DNA from: Chrysomallon squamiferum
Lineage: Eukaryota > Animalia > Mollusca
Direction: 5' to 3'
Assembly (NCBI GenBank): GCA_012295275.1
Contig: CM022671.1
Span: 36,704,001 to 36,768,000, forward strand
DNA length: 64,000 nucleotides
This document shows, in pieces, positions 13,301-26,026 of this stretch; position 1 is the stretch's first letter; the number at the start of each line of letters is the position of its first letter. The translations under genes and the position numbers were made by a program. The notes under the pieces are model-generated. The model made no database searches. It had not been told where the DNA came from and was given only the letters and a program-made list of their open reading frames with translations.

Positions 13301-16300
13301 AAGGACCATTCTTTACAGTCTATACATATATACACAGGACCATTCTTCATAATATACAGATAGGACTCTTCTTCACAATTTGTACACAGGTTCATTCTTT
13401 ACAATCTATATACAGGACCATTCTTCATAAATATACACAGGACCATACTTCACAACCTATACAAAGGACCATACTTTATAATCTATACACAGGACCATTC
13501 TTCATAATCTACACACATGACCATTCTTCGAAATCTATACACAGGACCATTCTTCATAATATATACATAGGACCATTTTTCACTATGTCTGAACAGGACC
13601 ATTTTTCACAAAGTCTAAACAGGACCATTCTTCAAAATCTATACACAGGACCATTCTTCATAATCTATACACAGGACCATTATTCATAATCTATACATAG
13701 AACCATTCTTCACAATTTGCACACAGGAGCATTCTTCACAATGTCTAAACAGGACAGTTTATCACAGTTTGTACACAGGACAATTTATCACAGTTTGTAC
13801 ACAGGACCATTCTTAACAGTTTGTACAGAGGACTGATCGCACTCGGATCTGACAGAGGATTTTTGCACGTGATTACTACGATGCCTTGTCCTACTTGGCT
13901 GGTTTAGTCGACGTGTGCCAGGCTGACTGTGATGACGCACTGCAGGATTCTTAAGCTCAACTTACAGAACAGTCCACACTCCGCATTGACTACCGACCTA
14001 CAAACCAGTACACCCAATAAATGATTAAGTTATGACGGAATAAAGTCTGAGTCAAGAATTTCAGTGTGGCCTAGTGGAGTGTTACTGAGCTTAAGAAAAC
14101 CTTCACGTGTTAGAGTTACTCTGTCACTCAAAGTGAAAAAACATAGTCTCGTAAAATCGTGAACAACCAGTCCTGATCTCTGTATGAATATCTGCTATGT
14201 AGATAAACTTAATACTTTTTTCTTTTATAACGAGTTTTATATAAATAGGCCAACTTATTTTATTAATCTTGGCTGTGTGTTTCTTTATATTGATGTTTAA
14301 TTCAGTTCTGTTAGATATTATTTTATTATGGTTACACTCAGAAGTCAAAGTTTAAAAGTAGCTAACAAGTAGTGATGTGTTCATTTTAGTCAGAGTCGTG
14401 TGCGGGCAGCATAGCTCTACGAATAGATCTGGAAGGGAAGAAGCTGCCCGAGGAGGGAAAGGCGATCACGGTGTCTCTGTGTGGATCGTACGAGGTACTG
14501 GGTCAGTGGGACTGCTGTGTGCTGAGGAAATCTACACATCTGCGAAACTGCGGGGGATTTTTTATTTACTACTTGTATCCAGTTGACCGATGTCCTGTCG
14601 CATACTGCGTGCAGAGTAAGTTGTTTACTACAACCACCACCGCCACTGTTACTACTACGATCATTACTGCTGCTATTATTACTACAACTTCTATTATTGT
14701 TACTATTATTACAATTTCTATTACTGTTATCGTTACTAATATTACCACTATTTTTACTACTTCTGCTACTGATGTTACTAAAGCTACTGCACTTACTATT
14801 GCTACTACTATTACTGAAACTACTACTGCTTCTGCTACTACTATCATTATTGATAGTAATAGTAGTATTAGCAGTAGTGGTAGTAGTAGTAGTAATAGTA
14901 ATAGGAATAACTACTTATACGTGTAATTAGTAATAATTGTATGTATATATAATAAAAATGATTTAAAATGAAATTCAGCGGTAAATAAACACAAAGAAAA
15001 CATTACATTAAATCAGATGCTAGAGTTCAATTTTTAATTTTTTTTTCCCCAGAAATAAATACTAAAATACCCGAGGATTTAATAGCAAAACATGGTGAAA
15101 AAACGGATGACGTCACAGCAAAAAACACAACAGGTAATAACACTGAAGTTAGTTAATCACTTCACTGATTCATGTTTTCTTATTACAATGAATCTGATTT
15201 TCATTTTTCTGTGCAAGAAACAAAATCACATTTCATCTTTTACTACTTTAATGTTACAGACAAAAATTACCTTTATGTTACATTTTATATCATTATTGCA
15301 AAGATCTTTTTACATTAATATTATAAGGACGTTAGTAAACAAAGATAAATCTACTGCACGCTTTGTGACGTTAATAATCATAGGAAAATGTATTTTACGT
15401 TTTGTTACTTTAATGATCAAAGGCAAATTTACATTATATTTTCTGACGTTAATAATCAAATGCAAGTTTACATTATATTTTCTGACGTTAATAATCAAAG
15501 GCAAATGTAATTCATCTTTTGTGACGTTAATAATCATAGGAAAGTATCCTACATGTTTTGTAATGTTAATATTAGTTTATAAACTTTCACTGTATTTTTG
15601 ATGTTAGAAAAGAGTTATTATACAGTTTATTTTCTCTGAAAACATTCAGCGCTCATGCAGTGTTCAAACGGTTATGTTCAGAGTATATAAAGGAGGAATG
15701 TTCTTAGTAGGATTGGACAGTAGTATATAAAGGAGGAATGTTCTTAGTAGGATTGGACAGTAGTATATAAAGGAGGAATGTTCTTAGTAGGATTGGACAG
15801 AACTGTGTAAAGGCGAAATGTTCAGGAGGTTTGTTTATATAAAGGAGAAATGTTCTTACAGGATTGGACTCGTATTTAAAGGAGGAATGTTCTTAGTAGG
15901 ATTGGACAGTGTATATTTATATATTAACTGTCCAATCCTACTAAGAAGTGATTAAACAAACCTGTTTTTCGCCTGGACACTGTTCTTCGTCCTCGCCGTT
16001 TTACAGTTTGTGACTCCTTTAAATTTTACTGTCCAATTACTCTGTCTGTTGGCTCATACACTGAATATACTACTGTCCAATCCTATTTACAACATTTCTC
16101 CTTTATATACTACTGTCCAATCTTATTTACAACATTCCTCCTTTATATACTACTGTCCAAGCCTATTTACAACATTTCTCCTTAATACATTGTTTATTTA
16201 CAACATTGCAGCCTAATATATTATCAATATATCTTCTCAATATAGTGTTTGTTTTCAATATGCTTTAAAACAACGTGTTAGTTACAATATTTATGTCTCG

Positions 16301-19300
16301 ATAGTACGATATTTACTTATAATAGATACATCTCCTTTTAATACAACATTTACTTATAACAGATACATCTCCTTTTAATACAACATTTACTTGTTTTTTT
16401 TGTTGTTTTTTATTACAATGTTTATAGATTCAACAGATGTTTTTCCGGCACCAGAACCAGACGAAGAAGAAAATGATTTTCCTAACGTCACAAATGCGAC
16501 TGCGGAGATCATTGGTACGCGCATCATAGTTGTTACAACGACTTCCCAACCTGAAACGTCACAATCGTATGACAAATCGGCTGACAGTGGCATGTCGAGC
16601 ACGAAGGAAGTCGCGTTGTCAGAGGAGGAGTCGTGGTCCACTGAAAAAGACGCGGAACTTACCACGACGACCACGTTGCGCACTGACACTGACTCAACAG
16701 AGAGTTCTTCAACCGCTTCGTCGCCGTCTGGTGACAAAAATACCTTGATTACAGACTATTCTGACCAGAAATCCTCTACCACTACACCCGTAACTACAGC
16801 AGCCGACACGTCTCAGTCAAAAGAGAGTAATCAGACCGATGCAACCACATCAGCAACAACGTATCAGCTTTTCTTTTCTGACAGACCGGAGGCTGGAACG
16901 ACAGAACTGCAAAGCAGTTCCACATTGCAGAGGAATCACTCTGATACAACTACATCAACTGCAGCAGCAACAACAGAGTCTTCTACAACGCCTGCAGAGA
17001 CAGTGTCCTTATCGACAGACTCAATAACATTATCCTCAACATCTACAGCGACAACAACATCTCGACTGACATCAAGAGATGATGGTAGAGTTGTAATTGA
17101 GTTTGTGACAAAGGATTTCATAAAGGTGTTTATTTCATTCACTACTATAACAATATTATCTTTATATATATATATACAAATACACGCATCTATCTGTGTC
17201 TGACTGTCTATCTTCTCTCTATCTGTCTAATATGTGTACATGTATAAAATCTAGCTATCTACCAAACGCATAGGGTGCGAGGGGTGATAACACACAACCT
17301 ATAGTCACGTAATTGTGCTAAAGAATAAAAATAGTCTGATGATGTGAACTGTCTGAAGTTTTCGCAGTTACGCGGGTCCCTTGTCGTAATGCGCTGTAGA
17401 AATGTGCTGTAACGTAACCAGTATCGTTATCAGTTTGACGCGTCATTTGCAACAAGCGATCGAATACGTGAGCGCGCGCTCGCACATACCCACAAACACA
17501 CTAATACACACACAAACTAATTGTTACGATAAATACCAGTTTTCGGCAAACTCGGAGGAGATGAGCAATTTGACACGGAAACATCCTGATTATTATGCTA
17601 CAGACATTTTCACTGTAATTCTGTAAACAAACAAACCCAACAAAAATAATAATAATAATAATAAAATTTAAAAAGATTAAATGATCTTTTTTGTTGTTGT
17701 TTTCAGGATACCAAGAACTTCACTGCAGTTATAAAAGGAATACTGAAGGACGTGTTAACAGTGCCAAGTAATCAAACAGACATTGTGAACAGACAGTCAA
17801 TTATAGTGACAAACGGACCGATACAAAACAAGGATATCGTGTCTGTTGTGTTTGTCTGGAAACAAGACAACAGTAAGTTACAGTCTCTTACATGTTTTAT
17901 TACTTTTAAAATTTAAATGTGCAGTATTTTCATCATGTGTTGTTATATTGTAGATGTTGTTCCAGCCGAGTATGTCGTCTCACTGATTGAAAACGCTCAG
18001 AAGAAAAATAACCAGACTTGGCAAGAGGTAACCAGTTGTTCTAATCCATTAAACCAAGAAAATTATTATTTTTTATTTAGCTTTTCTAAATAACATTATA
18101 TATATATTATGTTTATTGTTGTTTTTCTCTACAATGTTTCTTAGTGAAAAATATGAACTTTTTATTGTTAATAAGTAGCTGTTGAAGTGGCAGCAGTAGA
18201 TTTACTCTCACGTTTCATCTCAGAAGAAAGCACATGCGACATCCAGTAAGAGGGAACTGAGGTAAAACGTCAACTATTCGTTGTTTCATACAGCAAACTG
18301 TTTTTATGTCCCAGGTTGATCTTCAACTTCACGACTGTTACAAGGCAAAAGAGAAACGTGAATCACCTTTCGTCATCGACTCCTCACTTCTCAAAGACAA
18401 CGTCGTTCTCTTCATCTCAGTTATCTCACTCGGTGCTGTCTGCATCATCGTCATCATCATAGGGCTTGTCGTCATTCGCTGCAGAAACCGCAGACGATCT
18501 TACGATCGCAACACGGATCTGGTATCAACTCAATTCTTAGTACATTGTCTTTTAACATATTACTTTTTAATGCCCTGAATTACACTGCATAATTACGTTT
18601 ACATTTATTAAGTTTTATATTAAATTGTCTACATCTTCTTACATATTACTTCTTAACACCCTGAATTACACTGCATTACATGTTTACATTTATTAAGTTT
18701 CATACTGCGTTGTCTACATCTTTTTACATATTACTTCTTAACACCCTGTATTACACTGAATTACATGTTTACATTTATTAAGTTTCATATTACATTGTCT
18801 ACATCTTTTTACATATTACTTCTTAACACCTTGTATTACATTGAATAATTACGTTTTTAGATTTAATAAGTTTCGTATTACATTGTCTACATTTTCTTAC
18901 AAATTATTTCTTAGCACCCTGTATTACACAGTATATATTTTAATAGACATTACTTTGTTCATATATTTGGTACATTACTAATCATAGAAAATAGTTTTTA
19001 TTTTATTTGTATTTTATTTTAAATTCTTATTTCTTTATTTATTTTATATAAATTTATCACCGACTAGTGACATTTTTAAAAACCATTTTTGAAAAAAAAA
19101 AAAATAAAAAAAAATAAAAATAAATAATGTTATTTTCTAAAGGGAGACAATTTCGGAATTATATTTTACATGGTTCGTTCAAGTTATCAATCCTTAATAA
19201 TAATAATATTCATAAATTCTCGATAAAATTATTGTAATCTGCATTTAAATTTGAAGGACGGAGAATATTTCTGTTGCAAACATTTCTTATAGTTATAAAG

Positions 19301-19589
19301 TGCTCGAAGCTGCTAAAATCGCTTACAGCTGGTTTAAGGTTAAATGATTTAAAATGTTTGACAGAAATCCAGTCTGACTGACAGTCGGACGCTGCACTCG
19401 GTGGAGAATCCAGCGACGGACGCTGAGATAATGAAAGACGAGGTAAACACCACAACAAAGGAAACTTCTCTGTCCTCGAGAAAACTCTCGCCTGGGCCGG
19501 CAGCTGAAGATGAGAACGGCTGGATTGTGCCGCTGGACCAGGCAAACTGCGACCTCGTGGCTGCAGAGACCGAGGACACAATGTTTTAA
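9963..19589 (+). CDS. Type-I membrane sialomucin: D8C (UMOD/GP2/OIT3-like) domain, mucin stalk, SEA-like segment, TM and podocalyxin/CD34-like tail (~640 aa)
   Basis: Exons 9963-9996, 11995-12054, 12351-12502, 14390-14615, 15053-15133, 16428-17125, 17707-17872, 17954-18027, 18315-18521, 19365-19589; all GT-AG, total 1923 nt in frame. Signal peptide MSPSFGVILVLLISEPSLTYS; D8C motifs DAC..Y..DDP.R, CD..L.EGWYRF, IPTTC, SCAG, CC, RNCGGFFIYYL, CPVAYC; S/T-rich exon 6; TM VVLFISVISLGAVCIIVIIIGLVVI followed by RCRNRRR; tail ends ENGWIVPLDQ...EDTMF*. Confidence 0.9.
10650..11370. repeat. 29-bp minisatellite (~24 copies), intronic
   Basis: Unit gttcacgttatatc(c/t)gtgttctgtac(t/a)tc repeated head-to-tail without spacers. 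Confidence 0.95.
13010..13830. repeat. 26-bp degenerate minisatellite (~30 copies), intronic
   Basis: Unit caggaccattcttca(c/t)aatctataca. Confidence 0.9.
15680..16200. repeat. Foldback-like repeat: 40-bp tandem units facing inverted copies, including a perfect 21-bp hairpin
   Basis: agtatataaaggaggaatgttcttagtaggattggacagt is repeated at 15680-15910. Reverse-complement units (actgtccaatcctatttacaacatt..ctttatatact) lie at ~16070-16190. The stem 15890-15910 pairs with 15927-15947. Confidence 0.85.
18540..18930. repeat. ~80-bp degenerate tandem repeat, intronic
   Basis: Recurring 'cattgtctacatc...acatattacttcttaacaccctg.attacactg...acatttattaagttt' (4-5 copies). Confidence 0.75.
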
Positions 19590-20868
19590 CTAACTTACTA
19601 ACCCAGTTCTAATTATTTTTAACATTCATTAACGTACTAACCAAACCATGTCTGCAGTTTTAATTTGTTGTTTTTTTTGCATTTAACTTAGCTCACATTA
19701 GCGGCAGATTGATGCAATTATTGCTGTGCCTAATACTTTATTTAATTAGTATGTTAAACATATAATATACATCCGTGTTATTGTGGAAGTTTCAGTTAAA
19801 ATACTGAAAACTATAAAGTGTTAGAATAGCATTTCAACTTGGTAGAGTTTCTAACAACCTGACAGTATGTCTAATATTAAAATATGAGAAAAACACCGTG
19901 GTGGTCTTCTTGGTGAAAAATAAAGCGTTTAACTGTTCCAGACTGACAATTAGCTGTCGCAATGTTGTCTGTAGATCTGTTTCTTCTCTAGCAGAAAACT
20001 GATAATTTATCTCACATTTTAACATTTAATTTGCTTTAACAATTTATTGTTTATTATTTTTCAGTTTGTACTGAATGCAAATTAAAATAACATTTAATAA
20101 TTTTTTATAATATATTTTTGTTTTCAGTTTCTCAATATTTATTAATTACATCATTTGAACACTACTGTAACAATGTCCATCCGTCCATTGTAGAAATGTT
20201 CCTCAATGGGACAGACTAAAACAAATTGTATGTATGGTCTTAGTCGCAGTTATTTTATTTTCATTGTCTTGGGCTTTTTATAATGGATAAGTTGACTTTA
20301 TTATTATTATTATTACTATTATTATTATTACAATTATTATTATCACTATTGCTACTGCTATTGTTATTATCATTATTATATGTTGGTTGCACAGGGTGTG
20401 TGAAGGTTTAATACATGTCAGTAGTTTGTACTTCATGATTGTGTTTTACAGTGAAAGCAGTCAGTAAGTTTACACTCATCAACATTTAGATATCAGTGTA
20501 AGAGTAAAAACTGAAAAGTGAGACCAGCTTATTTTTATTTTGTTTGAATTAGCTATAGACTTTTCTTAATATTGTTATTTATTGTGCACATAAAATGTAT
20601 TAAACTACTTATTCTTTGATATAGCTTTGTGAATAAATAAAGATGTATTAAAATAGTTATGGCTTGATGTATAAATAAAATATTCTGTGCTCTACAGTTC
20701 AGTTGTTTTCACTCTGTTATTAAACATCACTCATTGCCCATGTCTAATAACCAGAATATATTTTTCTCTAAACACAACTGAGATGTTAAAAATGAACACC
20801 AACAATAAACCAATTTATTATAAAGTTCTTTCTTTATAAAAACAAAAATAAAAACAACAACAACAACA

Positions 20869-20902
<34 letters not shown>

Positions 20903-21200
20903 GTAGTAATAAAATAAAGGCTGAAAACACTTGTACTTGTTTAAGTATTGTTACACACAGACAACTTCAGTTAAAAACATTTTGAGTTCTTGCATTGTTA
21001 AAGAAATCTGATAATACAAATTTCTTTCATCCTTAAAAGAATAATAATAAATAAATAATAATAATAACAGCATTAATGTAAAGGTTAAAAAAAAAAAAAA
21101 ATTAAAAAGAATTAGGAAATAGACTCTCAGTAAGGGTAACAAGTGAGAAGTTATAAAGCAATTCAAAGACAGGAGTGAATTATAAAAACATTGGCGTGTT

Positions 21201-24200
21201 TCAACCAGGCTGGAGTTTAATGTCAGTTTTAGCTGCAGTATCATCAACTTTGTGTGATTCACTTTTCTTGGCGTGGCCACCTGCAATCAGAGCATGTGCA
21301 ATGTCTACATCATCCACATCATTGTCTGTGTCGTACAGAGCAACAGCACAACAGCCACTACCTGATCTGTGAAAAACACAGAATTATCAACAGCATATCA
21401 TACATCTATAAATAACACAAAATTATCAACATATACACAACACTGTATAAAACACACTTGTTACTACATAACATTGTATAGTCACACACACTTGTTACTA
21501 CACAACACTGTATAAAACACACTGTATAATACACACTTGTAACTACACAACACTGTATAAAACACACTTGTTACTACACAACACTATATAAAACACACTT
21601 GTTACTACACAACACTGTATAAAACACACACACTGTATAATACACACACCTGTTATTACACAACACTGTATAATACAAACATGTATTACTACCTAACACT
21701 GTAATCACACACTTGTTACTACATAACACTGTAAAAAACACACTTGTTACTACACAACACTGTATAAAACACACACACTGTATAATACACACACCTGTTA
21801 TTACACAACACTGTATAATACAAACATGTATTACTACCTAACACTGTAATCACACACTTGTTACTACACAACACTGCATAAAACACACTTGTTATTACAC
21901 AACACTGTATAATACACACACAACTGTTATTACACAACACTGTATAATACACACCTGGACTTCACATGAGCCACCAGAGTTTTGCCATCCACAAGCTGAT
22001 GGAAGTGATCTCTGAAATTTAAAATCTTTATTTAGACACAGCTGTAAATATTTCATTTTAGTAAAAAAAAAACTTTTATACTGAACAGTTCAGTCAGTTC
22101 AAAAACTAAAACTGATCTCTGGAATCAGAAGTTAAACAAATTAGAAATAATCCCTGAGTGTGACATCAGAGATCAAGCTGCATATTCTAAAGATGTGAAA
22201 TGAACTCACTGAGATTTTAAAATATATTTCAAAAAGATAATGATGTTTTTACAAATCAACATTTCTAGTAAATGTCTCTTTACCAGTAAAAGAAATAAAT
22301 TATGCTAACCTTGCCTGGGCTGACCACAGCCCTCCCTTCACTGGCTCAACACCAGCGAGGAAACATTCAACAGCCTGCTGTGGTAGATGCAAAAACTGCG
22401 GCTCAAGTTGTCGAATGTTGCGTTCAGCCACCCAGCATGTGTTACCAAAGTCAGCAAAGAAAACCTACAAAACAGTTCTGTCAGTGTCTCCATAAACATC
22501 CATTTCTCTGTTAGTATCTGTATTAGCATTTCTGTGTTATTATCTCTACAATATTGTCTTTCTCTATTAGTATCTGTATAAGTATTTTTTATGAATATCA
22601 GTATTAGTATCTCTACAATATAGTATTTCTCTGCTAATATCTGTATAAGTACTTCTGTATTAATATCTCATTATCATCTGCACTATAGTATTTCTGTATT
22701 AATATCTGTATTAGCATCTATTCAATATAGTATTTCCCTATTAATATCTGTACCTTATACCATTATTAGTGTCTCTACACTATAGTATTTCTATATTAAT
22801 ATCTGTATCAGTTTCTCTTTATTTAGTATGAATTTAGCATCTCTGTCAGTATCTTTGCTTTAGTATCTCTATTAGTGTCTGCATTATGTCTCTATTAGTA
22901 TCTCTATTAGTGTCTGTATTAATATTTCTGTATTAGTATCTCTCTATAGCTGTCTCTCTTTTAGTGCTTCTCCAATTAGTTATTTATGTATTAGTATCTA
23001 TGTATTAGTATCTATGTATTAGAATCCATGTATTAGTATCTATGTATTAGTGTCTTTGTATTAGTATCTAAGTATTAGTATCTGTGTATTAGTATCTATG
23101 TATTAGTATCTATGTATTAGTGTCTTTGTATTAGTATCTAAGTATTAATATCTGTGTATTAGTATCTATGTATTAGTATCTATGTATTAGTGTCTTTGTA
23201 TTAGTATCCATGTATTAGTATCTATGTATTAGTGTCTTTGTATTAGTATCTGTGTATTAGTGTCTTTGTATTAGTATCTAAGTATTAGTATCTGTGTATT
23301 AGTATCTATGTATTAGTATCTATGTATTAGTATCTATGTATTAGTATCTATGTATTAGTGTCTTTGTATTGGTTGTGCATTAGTATCGCTATTAGTGTCT
23401 CTGATTTAATATCTCTGTATTAGTGTCTTTGTATCACTGTCTGTATTAGTATTTATCATTGTTTCTCTGTTACTGTAGCTGTATTAGTATCTCTATTAAT
23501 GTTTCTCTACCAGTACATATGTATTCGTTTCTCAGCATTAGTGTATCTCTATTAGTATCTCATTATTAGTGTCTGTAATAGTGTGTCTGTGTTTGTATCT
23601 CTCTACTAGTGTCTGTAATAGTGACTAAGAATATTTTTCTATTAATGTCTGTATTAGTGTCTCACTATTAGTGTCTGTATTAGTATCTGTGTTAGTGTCT
23701 CTGTATTAGTGTCTCTATTATTATCTCTGTATTAGAATCTGTACTAGTCTCTTTATTAGTACCTAACAATTAGTGTTTGTGTACTAGTCTCTGTATTATT
23801 GTCACTCTATTAGTCTCTGTATTAGTGTCATATTAGTATCTCATGACTAATGTCTTTGCATTAATGTCTCTCTATTAGTATCTATTAATATCTGTTTTAG
23901 AGTAGCTGTATTATTTTCTCATCATTAGTCTCTATACTAGTGTCTCTATTTTATCTTAATTAGTGTCTATCAGTGTCTCTGCATTAATGTCTTTTTCACC
24001 TGCACTTTCTCTTCTTCAACACTGTTGTTGGTCACCTTGGCTCGACACCACAGACCACTGTGAGGACACCTAGCAGCTACCGCCTGACCTGGAGCCAGCA
24101 GTGTGTAGTCTGAGTCACAGACACTCCTCTGTCTGTACAACTCACTGCAACAACAGTAATCTCTACATGTACAACATCAAAAATAACATCTGTACTACAT

Positions 24201-25968
24201 CTACATACACTACATGTACAACATCAAAAATAACATCTGTACTACATCTACATACACTGCATGTACAACATCAAAAATAACATCTGTACTACATCTACAT
24301 ACACTACATGTACAACATCTGTACTACATCTATGAACATTAAATGAATAAATAATAAAAAAATAACGTCTGTAATACATTTATATACACATCAAAAAAAA
24401 AAAAAAACCCATTAAAAGAACACAAAAAACAACCATCTACAATGTAACAAAGAAAGGTGACGGAATGAACTGAGACATGAGTAAGAAAAGTGACAGCTGA
24501 TAAATGTTCTCCGAGTCAGTGTGGGACATTCAGGTGTTAAAAGAAATATATTAACAACAGAACAAATGAGGGTAGAGCACCTCAACTCTAAACCATTAGC
24601 TACAAAACAGATAGGGTAAAATGAAAATATTGTTTTGTTTATTTCAGTGGTTACTTTTGTAGTGAAGCAAAGAATTTTGTGTTTAGTGTTTTTCTGAACA
24701 TAACTAACAAAATTTTGTTTGCTTTTTATTTCTGTAGTAAAAAGTTTGCATATTGCTGTTGCTTTCTAAAACTGACTGTTCAGCAAATCAGAATCAAATA
24801 TTTGCTCAAAATTAAAATATCAGAAATAAATTTACTATTCACACACAACACTAAGCATTTCAATGGATATCACCAACATTATGAAATTTTATTATTATTA
24901 TTTTAATGTGTTGTATGAACTCACTTCATGGACTTCACAAGATCTTCCAGTGACTCTTCCTCATCCAGTTTTCTCAACACACCTAAAAACACAACACTTT
25001 AATATATCACCCAACTCTATCACACCTAGCAAACAGAAAACTTTAAGCAAGCATAAAAAATACAATTTATTACACATCACAACACACAATTCTGCTTAAT
25101 GACGTCAAGTAAATAAAATAATCAAATTCAGAAACTGAATGTAAATTAACAAAATTAATGAAATAAAACAATATTTAACTCTTGTTGCACCTTGCAGATT
25201 TTTCTGTAATTTATCTATGGGTGTCTTGTTCCAGGGCATGTTCACATAGAAATGATTTGGACTAAAAATGGTGCAAACGTTAACAGCAACAACACTCCCC
25301 TCATCAGGCAACACCTCAGTCTGGTCTTCATCCAGTACAAACACAGCAACCTTATCCATCGTGACAGCTGAAATAAACACAAACAACTACACTTGAACTA
25401 TAACATGTCTGTACTGTTATGTAACATTCTGTAACAACTGTAACATAGTCCTTATGTAACATGTTTATAGTGTTATGTAAGGTACTGTATATATTTATGT
25501 TATATAGTATAGTAACAAGGCTAACAGTTTTTGTGTAACATGTATGTTTTTATGTTATGTAGTACACTGTAACAAGTTTAACAGTGTTTGTGTAACATGT
25601 ATGTTTTTATGTTATGTAGTACACTGTAACAAGTTTAACAGTGTTTGTGTAACATGTATGTTTTTATGTTATGTAGTACACAGTAACAAGTCTAACAGTG
25701 TTTGTGTAACATGTATGTATTTGTGTTATGTAGTACACTGTAACAAGTCTAACAGTGTTTGTGTATGTATTTATGTTATGTAATACACTCTAACATAGTT
25801 TTTGAATGTATTTATTTGAAGAGTGAACTAACCTGATGTTTCAGTTACATGTCTATACTGACAGTTTTTTCCACGCCAACATTTCAGTGGAGTATTGAAA
25901 AATCTGCATATTCTTTGTTCATCATTTGCCTCTGATAGAAAAAAATAAATAAAAAACAAAATAATAAC

Positions 25969-26026
<58 letters not shown>

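Noticed and set aside
12830-14130. Helitron-like non-autonomous element enclosing the 26-bp minisatellite
   Set aside because: The flanks are more complex and CpG-rich, but I could not identify diagnostic termini, a subterminal hairpin or TSDs.
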